From Alphaproteobacteria bacterium (GTDB lineage: Bacteria; Pseudomonadota; Alphaproteobacteria; UBA2966): 64,000 bases of DNA. Shown here one piece after another: positions 46,506 to 55,743 of the stretch. The notes under the pieces are model-generated. The model had not been told where the DNA came from, did no database searches, and worked only from the letters and a program-made list of their open reading frames with translations. Both the position numbers and the translations under genes were made by a program. Within the stretch, counting starts at the first letter, position 1; every line of letters begins with the position of its first letter. Location of the stretch: the NCBI GenBank assembly GCA_964291395.2, contig OZ219856.1, positions 1,696,001-1,760,000 on the forward strand, in the 5' to 3' direction.

Positions 46506-47767
46506 TGTCGACGGCGGTCCGCGACGCCCTTTGCGGCGCGGCACTCGCCATTGTCTGGATCGCCGCTCCGATGGGCAGTACCAGCGCGCGTGCCGAGCCC
46601 TGGATCGCCGCACACGAGTTTTCTGGAAACGTGAGCCTCGAAAACCGCTGGTATCCGAAAGCCGCCGCGCATCCCGGCCAGCGGGCGCACGCCAGCGGCT
46701 TCGTCGCTGCGCCCCGACTGTATCTCGAGGACGCCGAGGGCCGAAGCGTCACCCTGGCGCCGTTCCTTCGCTACGACGCCGGAGACCCGGACCGTACCCA
46801 CGCGGACCTGCGCGAAGCCTATATATTGCTGGTCGGCGAGATCGGCGACGGCGAATGGGAGTTACGCGCCGGCATCGACCGGGTGTTCTGGGGCGTCGCC
46901 GAATCGCGCCACTTGGTTGATATCGTCAATCAGACCGACCTCGTGGAACACCCCAACGAAGAGGCCAAGCTGGGCCAGCCCATGGTTCATGTCACCTGGT
47001 CAGGGGATTGGGGTGCGGCAGAACTGTTCGGCCTGCCCTATCACCGCGCCCGCACCTTTCCTGGCCGTCGCGGCCGCCTGCGTGGCCCGCTTGTCGTCGA
47101 CAACGACCGTGCCACATACGAGAGCGCGGCCGGCAAGCGGCATTTCGACTTCGCCGCCCGGTACAGCCACGGTTTCGGGCCCCTCGACCTTGGCCTGAGC
47201 CTGTTCGACGGCACCAGCCGAGAGCCCGCCCTGATCCCGGTCGCGGTGTCCGGCAGCGGGCCGGTCCTGATGCCGCACTACGCGCGGATCCGGCAACTCG
47301 GGCTGGACGCCCAGGTGACCACCGGAGCGTGGCTGCTCAAGCTCGAAGCCATCGGGCGCGCCGGCGCCCGCGACCGCATCGGCCGGAAACAGGATTACGC
47401 TGCCGTCGTCGCGGGATTCGAATACACGCTCTATTCGGTTCTCGGCTTCACGGCCGACCTCGGGTTGCTGGGCGAATGGAACCGCGACGGGCGCGGCCAG
47501 GACGCGACCAACCAGTTCCAGAACGATCTGTTCCTCGGCGCACGCTTGGCGCTCAACGACGTTCAGGGCACCGAGTTCCTCGCCGGCGTGCTGGCGGACG
47601 CCGATCATGGCACCGGCACGCTGACCGTCGAATTCGACCGGCGTCTGTCGGACCGCTGGTCGCTGCATCTGGAGGCGGTCGCCCTGTTCGGCGTCGGCGA
47701 GGCCGATATCGCCTACTCGACCCGTCGCGACAGCTTCATGGCGATGAACCTGACCTACAGCTTCTGA
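46475..47767 (+). CDS. Putative outer-membrane beta-barrel protein (start uncertain)
   Basis: Signal-like segment ending SARA; DLREAY, VFWGVAESRHLVDIVNQTD, KLGQPM; amphipathic strands; C-terminal LTYSF. Confidence 0.8.
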   Translation: MAVSASAETGVSTAVRDALCGAALAIVWIAAPMGSTSARAEPWIAAHEFSGNVSLENRWYPKAAAHPGQRAHASGFVAAPRLYLEDAEGRSVTLAPFLRYDAGDPDRTHADLREAYILLVGEIGDGEWELRAGIDRVFWGVAESRHLVDIVNQTDLVEHPNEEAKLGQPMVHVTWSGDWGAAELFGLPYHRARTFPGRRGRLRGPLVVDNDRATYESAAGKRHFDFAARYSHGFGPLDLGLSLFDGTSREPALIPVAVSGSGPVLMPHYARIRQLGLDAQVTTGAWLLKLEAIGRAGARDRIGRKQDYAAVVAGFEYTLYSVLGFTADLGLLGEWNRDGRGQDATNQFQNDLFLGARLALNDVQGTEFLAGVLADADHGTGTLTVEFDRRLSDRWSLHLEAVALFGVGEADIAYSTRRDSFMAMNLTYSF

Positions 47768-47834
47768 TCAGACCAATGATCACGCCGCCCGGCCGGCGGA
47801 ACCGGCCAACCCCCGCAGAGTACGAAAGCGACGA

Positions 47835-48692
47835 TCAGCTCCCGAACTTCACCGCATCCCAGTACGTCTTGTTGAGGGGCGATATCAGCGCGTCATGCCC
47901 CACCGTCAGACAATCCCGCAGGGACAGCGAGTTGCGGCCGGTCACGGAGGTCGAGCGCATATAGGCGGAGCCCTCCGTATGGACGTGGCAGTTGTCGAAA
48001 GTCCGCTTTGCCGTGGAAATGGCCGAGCGATAGATGTCGTCACTCGGCAACATCACCGCGACCTTGTCCCACACCGAGTTGCGCAGGCGCGTCGATGCCG
48101 CGCGGTTTCCCGGCGGCAGCAGCGTAACCACACGGTTCAGAACATCGGCGGCGGCCACCTTGGCCTTGTTCTGATCGACCACACGGGTGCCAAGCTCGCG
48201 CAGCGGCCCGGTCGCGATCGCAATATCCTGCTCGGTCTGCCGGTTGTAGTCGTTGGGCTTCTCCTCAGGCAGCAACGAAACGTTCGCCCCGATGTCGATG
48301 GCGACCCGGACCACGCCGTGTTTGTCCAAGAGCCTCTTGGGGAGGCTCATGTTGACCACGGTCTGGCCGCGGGGCGCGATGATCTCGAGCGCACTGCCGT
48401 CGGCGATCTCGACAACCTCGCCGGATGGCTTCACGCCGAGTACCCGGATGCCCTCACCGCCATTGTGGGCGTGATACACCTGATTGCGGGACGGACCCTT
48501 GCGCTCCTGCTGCAGACAGAAGGTGGTGAAATCCGCAGCGCAATAAAAAGTGTTGCATTTCAAGGGGATCGGTCCGTTACTTGCCACGAGGCCGAGGATC
48601 TGCGGCGCCGCCTGAGCGGAACCGGACCACGCCAAGGCCGAGCCGGCGGCCACGAACGCGGCGATTATCAGTTTGCGGAAAATCAGACGCAT
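47835..48692 (-). CDS. Exported hypothetical protein with Cys motif
   Basis: Signal peptide ending SAQA; CNTFYCAADFTTFCLQ; two further C-terminal Cys; RBS GGAGGG. Confidence 0.75.
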   Translation of the reverse strand: MRLIFRKLIIAAFVAAGSALAWSGSAQAAPQILGLVASNGPIPLKCNTFYCAADFTTFCLQQERKGPSRNQVYHAHNGGEGIRVLGVKPSGEVVEIADGSALEIIAPRGQTVVNMSLPKRLLDKHGVVRVAIDIGANVSLLPEEKPNDYNRQTEQDIAIATGPLRELGTRVVDQNKAKVAAADVLNRVVTLLPPGNRAASTRLRNSVWDKVAVMLPSDDIYRSAISTAKRTFDNCHVHTEGSAYMRSTSVTGRNSLSLRDCLTVGHDALISPLNKTYWDAVKFGS

Positions 48693-48994
48693 TTACGCTC
48701 CCTCCATTGGACGCGGGGCGTGATGCGGCTGCACCAACGTGTCCCACGCGTGCAGGCTGGCTTCTTGCCATACGGATGTTCTCACGGCTCCGATTGCGGG
48801 GTCAACGCAGCATGCCTGTCACGTGCTCACGAGATCGTGATCGGAGCGGATCGACATGTTTCCCGGCCGATCCCTCGATACCCAACACCTGTTGCCGTTC
48901 ACATTTCCGAACAGGAGTGCGTGCACGCGCTTGAGCGTAGATGTGATCGATGGATCAGGATGACACCGGAACGCCGGCCTCCTACATTCCAGGC

Positions 48995-50347
48995 ATGAGC
49001 GGAAGATCGCCGATTCATGTCATCGGTGGTGGCCTTGCCGGCTGCGAAGCGGCTTGGCAGTCGGCCCGTGCGGGAGTTCCTGCGGTCATTCATGAGATGC
49101 GTCCGGAGCGGGGCACGGATGCTCACATAACGGGTCGGCTCGCCGAACTCGTATGCTCGAATTCCTTTCGTTCGGATGATACCGAGAACAACGCCGTGGG
49201 ATTGCTGCACGAAGAAATGCGCCGGGCCGGATCCTTGATCATGCGCGCAGCGGACGCCCATAGAGTTCCCGCGGGATCGGCCCTGGCCGTGGACCGCGCC
49301 GGGTTTTCCGACGTCGTCGAATCCGCAATGGCCGCGGAACCTCTCATTAACATCGATCGTCACGAGGTTTCGGACCTGCCGGCGGAGGATTGGGACCCGA
49401 CGATCATCGCGACAGGGCCGCTGACGTCACCCGGCCTCGCCGCCGCCATCCAGAGCCTGACCGGCGAGGACGCACTGGCCTTCTTCGACGCCATCTCTCC
49501 CATCGTCTATCGGGACAGCATCGATTTCTCCAAAGCGTGGTACCAGTCGCGCTATGACAAAGGTGACCCCGAAGGCGGGGGCGACTACATCAACTGCCCA
49601 CTCGACCGTGCACAGTATGAATCCTTGATCGCGGCGATCCTGGGAGCCGACAAGATCGAATTCAAGGAGTGGGAAGCCATCACGCCCTACTTCGAGGGAT
49701 GCCTGCCCATCGAGATCATGGCCGAACGCGGGGTGGAGACCCTGCGATACGGGCCCATGAAGCCGGTGGGATTGACGGATCCACGGACGGGCGAACGACC
49801 GCATGCAGTGGTCCAGCTTCGCCAGGACAATACGCTGGGAACGCTCTACAACATCGTGGGGTTCCAGACCAAGCTGCGCTACGCCGGGCAGCGGCGCATC
49901 TTCCGTACTATCCCGGGCCTCGAAAACGCACGCTTCGCGCGCCTCGGCGGCGTGCACCGCAACACCTTCATCAACAGCCCGCGGCTCCTGGATTCGGAGT
50001 TCAGGCTCAAGGCCATGCCGCGTCTCCGGTTCGCCGGACAAATCACCGGCGTCGAAGGCTACGTGGAGAGCGCCGCGATCGGCTTGCTGGCAGGCCGTTT
50101 TTCCGCGGCGGAAGTGAAGGGTGAAGCGGCAGATCCGCCGCCCGCGACGACGGCCCTCGGAGCCCTCCTCGCCCACATAACGGGCGGCGCCGATGCTGGC
50201 ACGTTCCAGCCGATGAACGTGAATTTCGGTCTGTTTCCGCCGCTGGCGGAATACACGACGAAGCGCAAGCGCAAACCGGCCTTGTCGCGCCGCGCCCTCG
50301 CAGACATCGACGCGTGGCTTGGCGTTTCAAAAATCGCGGCGGAATAA
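48995..50347 (+). CDS. trmFO: Methylenetetrahydrofolate-tRNA-(uracil-5-)-methyltransferase
   Basis: [69 protein letters not shown]. Confidence 0.97.
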   Translation: MSGRSPIHVIGGGLAGCEAAWQSARAGVPAVIHEMRPERGTDAHITGRLAELVCSNSFRSDDTENNAVGLLHEEMRRAGSLIMRAADAHRVPAGSALAVDRAGFSDVVESAMAAEPLINIDRHEVSDLPAEDWDPTIIATGPLTSPGLAAAIQSLTGEDALAFFDAISPIVYRDSIDFSKAWYQSRYDKGDPEGGGDYINCPLDRAQYESLIAAILGADKIEFKEWEAITPYFEGCLPIEIMAERGVETLRYGPMKPVGLTDPRTGERPHAVVQLRQDNTLGTLYNIVGFQTKLRYAGQRRIFRTIPGLENARFARLGGVHRNTFINSPRLLDSEFRLKAMPRLRFAGQITGVEGYVESAAIGLLAGRFSAAEVKGEAADPPPATTALGALLAHITGGADAGTFQPMNVNFGLFPPLAEYTTKRKRKPALSRRALADIDAWLGVSKIAAE

Positions 50348-50426
50348 TGGGCGAAGCTTCTCGGGAATGGGCCAGGCCGTCCGGCCCCGACACGATGATC
50401 GTAGCGTAACCTCCATTCGTCAGCGT

Positions 50427-51275
50427 TCAGTAGCGCTTCCGAAACGACGCCCAGACAAGGCGTAGCTGGCGCAAGAGCCGGTTCGACTCGTCCCGCAGCG
50501 CGAACGGATCGTGACTCGACCGTCGTAGTTCCCTCACATATGCGTCGGCGAGAACCGCCGGCAAGAGCGCCGGGAGGGACTCCAGCGGGACGTCACGCCG
50601 CAGGTCCCGCGCCTGCCGAAGATGTCGTGACACGCTCTCAACGATGGGTTCGAGAACTGGCACCAAACGTACGGCCGCCCCGGGAGAGGACAAGCTCTCC
50701 GTACTGAGCTGCGCTTCAGCCAGGGCATCCTGCGGGAGGTACACGCGCCCCATACGGGTGTGATACGGCAACCCGCGAACCAAACCGATCAGCGCCCAGG
50801 CCGTGCCCACGTGGTCCGCCGCCGCAGCCGCTTTCGGGGCCTTCACACCCAGCACCGTCAAGCACGCGCGATGGAGGGCACCCGAAGTTCCTCTCGCGAA
50901 CTGCTCCAACGCCTCGAATGACTGGAACCCCTGCTCGACAAACTCCCGCTCCCGCGCGTCAATCATGCTCTCCAGCACATCCCGGGAGATCGAATGCTGC
51001 GCGACGGCACCCGCCAAAGCAAGTGCGACGGGATGCCGACGGGGCGTCCCGCCGAAGACTCCCTTGATGGTCTCGGACCACCAGGTCAGACGCATCCGGC
51101 CCAGCATCGGCTCGCCGACCCGCTCGCGAATTCGCCCAAGCTCCAGATTCAAGGCAAGCAGCGCGATAAGAGCCGGACGCCGATGTTCGGGCGCGAACAG
51201 CGTGCACAGATAGCGGTCGTAGTCGTGGCGCCGCACATCGTCGCTGAGGGAGGTATCTGGAGAAGCTTCTATCAC
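50427..51275 (-). CDS. Squalene/phytoene synthase family protein (NDUFAF6-like)
   Basis: DYDRYLCTLFAP, EPMLGRMRLTWW, HPVA, GRVYLP; lacks DDxxD; conserved position near secF/Mth938. Confidence 0.85.
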   Translation of the reverse strand: MIEASPDTSLSDDVRRHDYDRYLCTLFAPEHRRPALIALLALNLELGRIRERVGEPMLGRMRLTWWSETIKGVFGGTPRRHPVALALAGAVAQHSISRDVLESMIDAREREFVEQGFQSFEALEQFARGTSGALHRACLTVLGVKAPKAAAAADHVGTAWALIGLVRGLPYHTRMGRVYLPQDALAEAQLSTESLSSPGAAVRLVPVLEPIVESVSRHLRQARDLRRDVPLESLPALLPAVLADAYVRELRRSSHDPFALRDESNRLLRQLRLVWASFRKRY

Positions 51276-51355
51276 GGACCTCGAGCGGTTGCCGATATCG
51301 GCCCCGACTCACGAGAGAATTACGGTCAACGTATATTCTCCTTACAACATCATGG

Positions 51356-51387
51356 CTACATGTTGGTTACCAGCACAATATGTTGTG
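51356..51387. promoter_or_regulatory. Candidate tandem NrdR boxes
   Basis: CTACATGTTG (51356-51365) and gCACAATATGTTGTG (51373-51387) fit consensus aCaCwAtATaTwGtg; cores 20 bp apart. Confidence 0.45.
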
Positions 51388-51470
51388 GTATAGATAGTGT
51401 GATATAATTGGACTGGTTCGTTGAGAATAATCCGCAACGACAAAGAGGCGATACACAAGAGGGAGCGCAA

Positions 51471-51563
51471 ATGAACCCGCTGGACTCACTAACTGGAACG
51501 ATCATCTCGGGACTCGTGATAACGGTCGTCATGGTCATACTCATCAACGTGATTGGTGCTTAG
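51471..51563 (+). CDS. Small 30-aa single-TM protein
   Basis: MNPLDSLTGTIISGLVITVVMVILINVIGA*; RBS GAGGGAG; below the ORF-track cutoff. Confidence 0.6.
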   Translation: MNPLDSLTGTIISGLVITVVMVILINVIGA

Positions 51564-51581
51564 GGACAGGGGAAGCGGACT

Positions 51582-52088
51582 ATGGAACTCGACTACACCT
51601 GGTGGACCTTCTTCATTCGCTGGCTGCACGTGCTCAGCGGATTCATGTGGATCGGATTGCTCTGGTACTTCAACTTCGTACAGACCCCGAGCATGCCGAA
51701 GATCCCTGACGAGCAGAAACCCGCTGTATCGAAGGTCATCGCGCCCGCTGCGCTGTTCTGGTTCCGTTGGGCGGCGCTGTCCACGATCGTCTTTGGCCTG
51801 ATCCTGGCCTATATGCAGGGGTACCTGGGGCCGGCATTGGGTCTCGGTCTCACGGACAACGATGCCAAGCACGCCTCCATCGGCTTCGGCATGTGGATGG
51901 GCCTGATCATGGCGTTCAACGTCTGGTTCATCATCTGGCCGAACCAGAAGAAGGCTCTCGGCATCGTGGAGGTATCCGACGAGGAACGGCCCAAGGCCGC
52001 CCGCCTCGCCGGTGTGACGTCGCGCGTCAATACGATGCTCTCGATCCCCATGCTCTATGCCATGGTGAGCGCACAGAATATCTACTGA
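51582..52088 (+). CDS. Urate hydroxylase PuuD-family (Urate_ox_N) membrane protein, without cytochrome c domain
   Basis: RWLHVLSGFMWIGLLWYFN, ALFWFRWAA, FNVWFIIWPNQK, SRVNTMLSIPM. Confidence 0.8.
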   Translation: MELDYTWWTFFIRWLHVLSGFMWIGLLWYFNFVQTPSMPKIPDEQKPAVSKVIAPAALFWFRWAALSTIVFGLILAYMQGYLGPALGLGLTDNDAKHASIGFGMWMGLIMAFNVWFIIWPNQKKALGIVEVSDEERPKAARLAGVTSRVNTMLSIPMLYAMVSAQNIY

Positions 52089-52115
52089 TCGATACCTTGA
52101 GCAGTCAAACGGATC

Positions 52116-52142
52116 GATCGGGGGCCTTCGCGGCCCCCGATC
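52116..52142. terminator. GC-rich hairpin between convergent genes
   Basis: gatcgggggcc-ttcgc-ggcccccgatc, perfect 11-bp stem; no clear U-tract. Confidence 0.6.
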
Positions 52143-52167
52143 ACGTTACGGCTCGCGCAAGGGGATT

Positions 52168-52545
52168 CTAGTCGATGGCGATCAGGGCTGCAGCCACCCG
52201 GCGCTCCTCCGACAGAAGAACGTTCCAGGTCCGGCACGCCGCACCCGTATCCATCGGTTCGACGATGATCCCGTCACCTCGCAGAGGGGTACGGATGTCG
52301 TCCGCGATACGAACCATCTCATGACCGCACCCGATCAGCAGAATGTCGACACTGTCCGATGCACTTCGAATATCGGCGAAATCACCGACCGAAACCTCGT
52401 CGATGCGGGACACTGGCCAGGGCAGGACGCGCTCCAGGAAAACCAGGACCGATCCCGTGTAACGCTTTTCGGCGATGAAGAATCCGCCGCCGCCGTATCG
52501 CTGGATGATCTGACGTCCCTGCGGAATTTGCGGCGTGATATCCAC
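52168..52545 (-). CDS. Mth938-like (NDUFAF3) domain protein
   Basis: IQRYGGGGF, ILLIGCG, EPMDTGAACRTWNVLLSEERRVAAAL. Confidence 0.92.
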   Translation of the reverse strand: MDITPQIPQGRQIIQRYGGGGFFIAEKRYTGSVLVFLERVLPWPVSRIDEVSVGDFADIRSASDSVDILLIGCGHEMVRIADDIRTPLRGDGIIVEPMDTGAACRTWNVLLSEERRVAAALIAID

Positions 52546-52547
52546 GA

Positions 52548-53502
52548 TCAGCCCGTGTCAACCGCAGCCTCTTCGTCCCCCTCCGACTCCTCTTCCGAGA
52601 CGTCGCGGCGCAGACGGACGTAGATCAGGAGAGGCGCGGCGACGAAAATCGACGAATAGGTCCCGACCAGCACCCCCCAGATCATCGCGAACGTGAAGCC
52701 TTTGATGACCGCGCCCCCGAAGAAGAAACAGGGTCAACAGTGCGATGAGGGTCGTCGCGGACGTCATCGTGGTGCGCGACAGCGTGTCGTTGATACTGAC
52801 GTTAAGGAGTTCGGTCAGCGGCATCCGGCGGTACTTGCGCAAATTCTCGCGAATGCGGTCGTAGACCACGACCGTGTCGTTCACCGAGTAACCCACGATC
52901 GTCAAAATCGCCGCGATGATGGAGAGATTGAATTCAAGCCGGGTGAGCGCAAAAATTCCGATGGTCAGCACGACGTCATGAACGAGAGCTGCCACGGCAC
53001 CGATCGCAAACTGCCACTCGAAACGAAACCAGATATAGACCAGCATGGCGACGACCGCGAGAACACTCGCCAGCGTACCCGCGCGCACCAGCTCCGCGCT
53101 GACCTTCGGTCCTACGAATTCCACCCGGCGGTAAGAGATTTCGCCCGGTATCTCCACGGCCAGGGCCTCCTTTACCGCCGCGACCGCGCGCTGCTGCGCG
53201 GAGGACCCCCCTGGTTGACGCTCGACGCGAATCAGTACGTCGGTATCTCTGCCAAACTCCTGCAACGCCACTTCGCCGAGACCCAGCCCCGACAAAGCGC
53301 CGCGCATGAGACCGAGGTCCGCCGGTCCCGGCGTGCCCACCTCAATCAGAATGCCGCCCTCGAAGTCGATTCCGTAGTTCAGATCCACCGTCACGAACAG
53401 CCCGATGGACGCAATGAACAGGAAACCTGAAAGGGCGAATGCCTTGGTCCGACGAGCCAGGAATTCGATGTTCGTCTTGGCGGGAACGAGTCTGAGGCGC
53501 AT
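52548..53502 (-). CDS. secF: Protein translocase subunit SecF; frameshift near 52725
   Basis: NYGIDFEGG, VGPKVSAEL, RFEWQF, HDVVLT, GYSVNDTVVVYDRIRE; C-terminus GGAVIKGFTFAMIWGVLVGTYSSIF in another frame. Confidence 0.93.
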
Positions 53503-53517
53503 CTTCGTTGCCCAGCC

Positions 53518-55131
53518 TCAGATGGGTAGCGCAGCCGGTCGCCGCTGCCGCAGCCACTGGACGATCATCAGGCGCGTTACGGTGATCGCCGTGAACAACG
53601 ACGTCACGATCCCGATCGCCAATGTGACGGCGAATCCCTTGACCGGGCCCGACCCGAACTCGAACAGCAGGATCGCGGCGATCAGCGTCGTCACGTTGGC
53701 GTCGATGATAGTGGTGAGGGCACGCCTGTATCCCGCCTCGACCGCTGCGAACGGAGTCTTGCCCGTTCTCATCTCCTCGCGGATGCGTTCGAATACGAGC
53801 ACATTGGCATCCACCGCCATACCGATGGTGAGCACGATTCCGGCGATGCCCGGAAGGGTCAGCGTGGCTTGCAGCAGCGACAGAGCCCCGGCGATCAGGG
53901 CGATGTTGACCAGCAGGGCGATGTCCGCTGCCAATCCGAACAAGCCGTATGCCATACCCATGAAAATCATGACGAAGACGAACGCCAGGATGCCGGCGAT
54001 CTTGCCGGCCCGGATGGAGTCCGCGCCGAGATCCGGACCGACGGTGCGTTCCTCGAGAATTTTCAAGGGTGCCGGCAAGGCGCCTGCCCGCAACAGGACG
54101 GCCAGGTCGTTGGCCTGCTGCACCGTGAAGTTTCCGGTGATAATCCCCGAGCCTCCCAGAATCGGCTCCCGGATCTGCGGCGCGCTGATCACCTTGGAGT
54201 CGAGCACGATGGCGAGCGGACGGCCCACGTTTTCCTTGGTAACGTCGCCGAAGCGCTTGCCGCCGACGGCGTCGAAACGAAAGCTGACCACGGGCCTGCC
54301 CTGGTCGTAGGTGGGCTGCGAGTCGACCAGATTCTCGCCGCTCACATAGACGCGTTTCCGCACCACGTACTCGGCGGCACCCTCCTCCTGCGTGTCGGCC
54401 TCGAGGATCTGGGACCCCGGAGGGATACGGCCGCGCCGTGCGTCCTCGACCGTGGTCGTGGTGTCCAGCAGACGGAACGTGAGCTTTGCCGTCTTGCCCA
54501 GGAGACGCTTGATCCGGTCCGGGTCCTTCACGCCCGGCAACTGCACCAGGATCCGATCCTCACCCTGACGTTGGATCGTGGGCTCACGCGTGCCCACCTC
54601 GTCGACCCGGCGGCGCACGATCTCGATGGATTGCTCCACGGCAGCACGCTTGCGATCGCGGACCGCCTGTTCCGTCAGCGTCACGGTGACGAGGGAATCC
54701 GCCTCCTCCGAAACCTCGATATCGACGCCTCCTCCCTGACCGAAGATGTCGGGTGCCATCGGGTTTCCCAGGCCACGGATGAGCTCAAGGGCCTGGTCGA
54801 CCCGGTCGGCCTGCCGGATACGCACGTCCACGGCCCGGCCGTCGTCCACCACGCCCAGACCGGTGTAGCCGATGCGCTCACGGCGAAGTTCGGTACGGAT
54901 CGAATCGACCAGAGATTCGAGACGTTCGACGATGACGGCGTCGACCTCCACTTCCAGCAGCAGATGCGAACCGCCCTGGAGATCAAGCCCAAGGTTAATC
55001 TGCTTGTGGGGCAGCCAAGTGGGGAGACGTGCCGCGGATTGCTCCGAGATGAAGTTCGGCGCGGCGAAAACCACGCCCAACAAGCAAAGAGCCAAGACCA
55101 GCCCGATTTTCCATTTCGCGAAATAGAGCAT
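53518..55131 (-). CDS. secD: Protein translocase subunit SecD
   Basis: LGLDLQGG, RRRVDEVG, LRAGALPAP, GMAVDANVLVFERIREE, GPVKGFAVTL. Confidence 0.97.
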   Translation of the reverse strand: MLYFAKWKIGLVLALCLLGVVFAAPNFISEQSAARLPTWLPHKQINLGLDLQGGSHLLLEVEVDAVIVERLESLVDSIRTELRRERIGYTGLGVVDDGRAVDVRIRQADRVDQALELIRGLGNPMAPDIFGQGGGVDIEVSEEADSLVTVTLTEQAVRDRKRAAVEQSIEIVRRRVDEVGTREPTIQRQGEDRILVQLPGVKDPDRIKRLLGKTAKLTFRLLDTTTTVEDARRGRIPPGSQILEADTQEEGAAEYVVRKRVYVSGENLVDSQPTYDQGRPVVSFRFDAVGGKRFGDVTKENVGRPLAIVLDSKVISAPQIREPILGGSGIITGNFTVQQANDLAVLLRAGALPAPLKILEERTVGPDLGADSIRAGKIAGILAFVFVMIFMGMAYGLFGLAADIALLVNIALIAGALSLLQATLTLPGIAGIVLTIGMAVDANVLVFERIREEMRTGKTPFAAVEAGYRRALTTIIDANVTTLIAAILLFEFGSGPVKGFAVTLAIGIVTSLFTAITVTRLMIVQWLRQRRPAALPI

Positions 55132-55159
55132 TCAGCGACCTGGTGCTCGTCTACCCAAG

Positions 55160-55567
55160 CTATTCGCCCCGCTTGCGGCCGAAGCCGAACAACGACCCGA
55201 GCAGGCCGCCACCCGCCTGCGGTCCTTGCGCGGCCGCCGGCGCGCCGCCCCTGACGGGTTCCGTCTTGCTTCGCACGTCGGAAAGAGTGCCTTTCACGAC
55301 CTGGACGCGGATACCCTCCGCGATCTCCACCGTAATGTCGTCCGTTTCCCCCACCTTCGTGACCTTGCCGACGATTCCGCCGCCGGTCACCACCACGTCG
55401 CCCCGACGCACCGCCTCCACCATCTCACGGTGCCGTTTCACCTTCCGCTGCTGCGGTCGAATGAGCAGGACGTAGAAGACCACGAAGATGATGATGAGGG
55501 GCAACAGGCCCGTGAAGAGGTCGCCCCCCCCACCCGCGGCTTGGGCGTATGCAGAAGAGATCAGCAT
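55160..55567 (-). CDS. yajC: Preprotein translocase subunit YajC
   Basis: FYVLLIRPQQRK, GDVVVTGGGIVG; upstream of secD. Confidence 0.95.
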   Translation of the reverse strand: MLISSAYAQAAGGGGDLFTGLLPLIIIFVVFYVLLIRPQQRKVKRHREMVEAVRRGDVVVTGGGIVGKVTKVGETDDITVEIAEGIRVQVVKGTLSDVRSKTEPVRGGAPAAAQGPQAGGGLLGSLFGFGRKRGE

Positions 55568-55743
55568 TTACGGTCCCCGACTGACGAGCGCGAATTCGCC
55601 CGGACTATAGCTTCACACCCCGGATATGCAAACCGCGCCTCCCTCATGTAGGTCGCCAGCCGGCCATTGGCAATATGCCGAGGAATTCCGTGGCATGCGT
55701 GCCCTGTGATAGGTTGCGATGCCCTTTCAGATGAGTTGAACGG

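Noticed and set aside
50427-51275. Phytoene synthase crtB as part of the hpn cluster
   Set aside because: Lacks the DDxxD motifs and occupies the conserved NDUFAF6-like position near secF/Mth938
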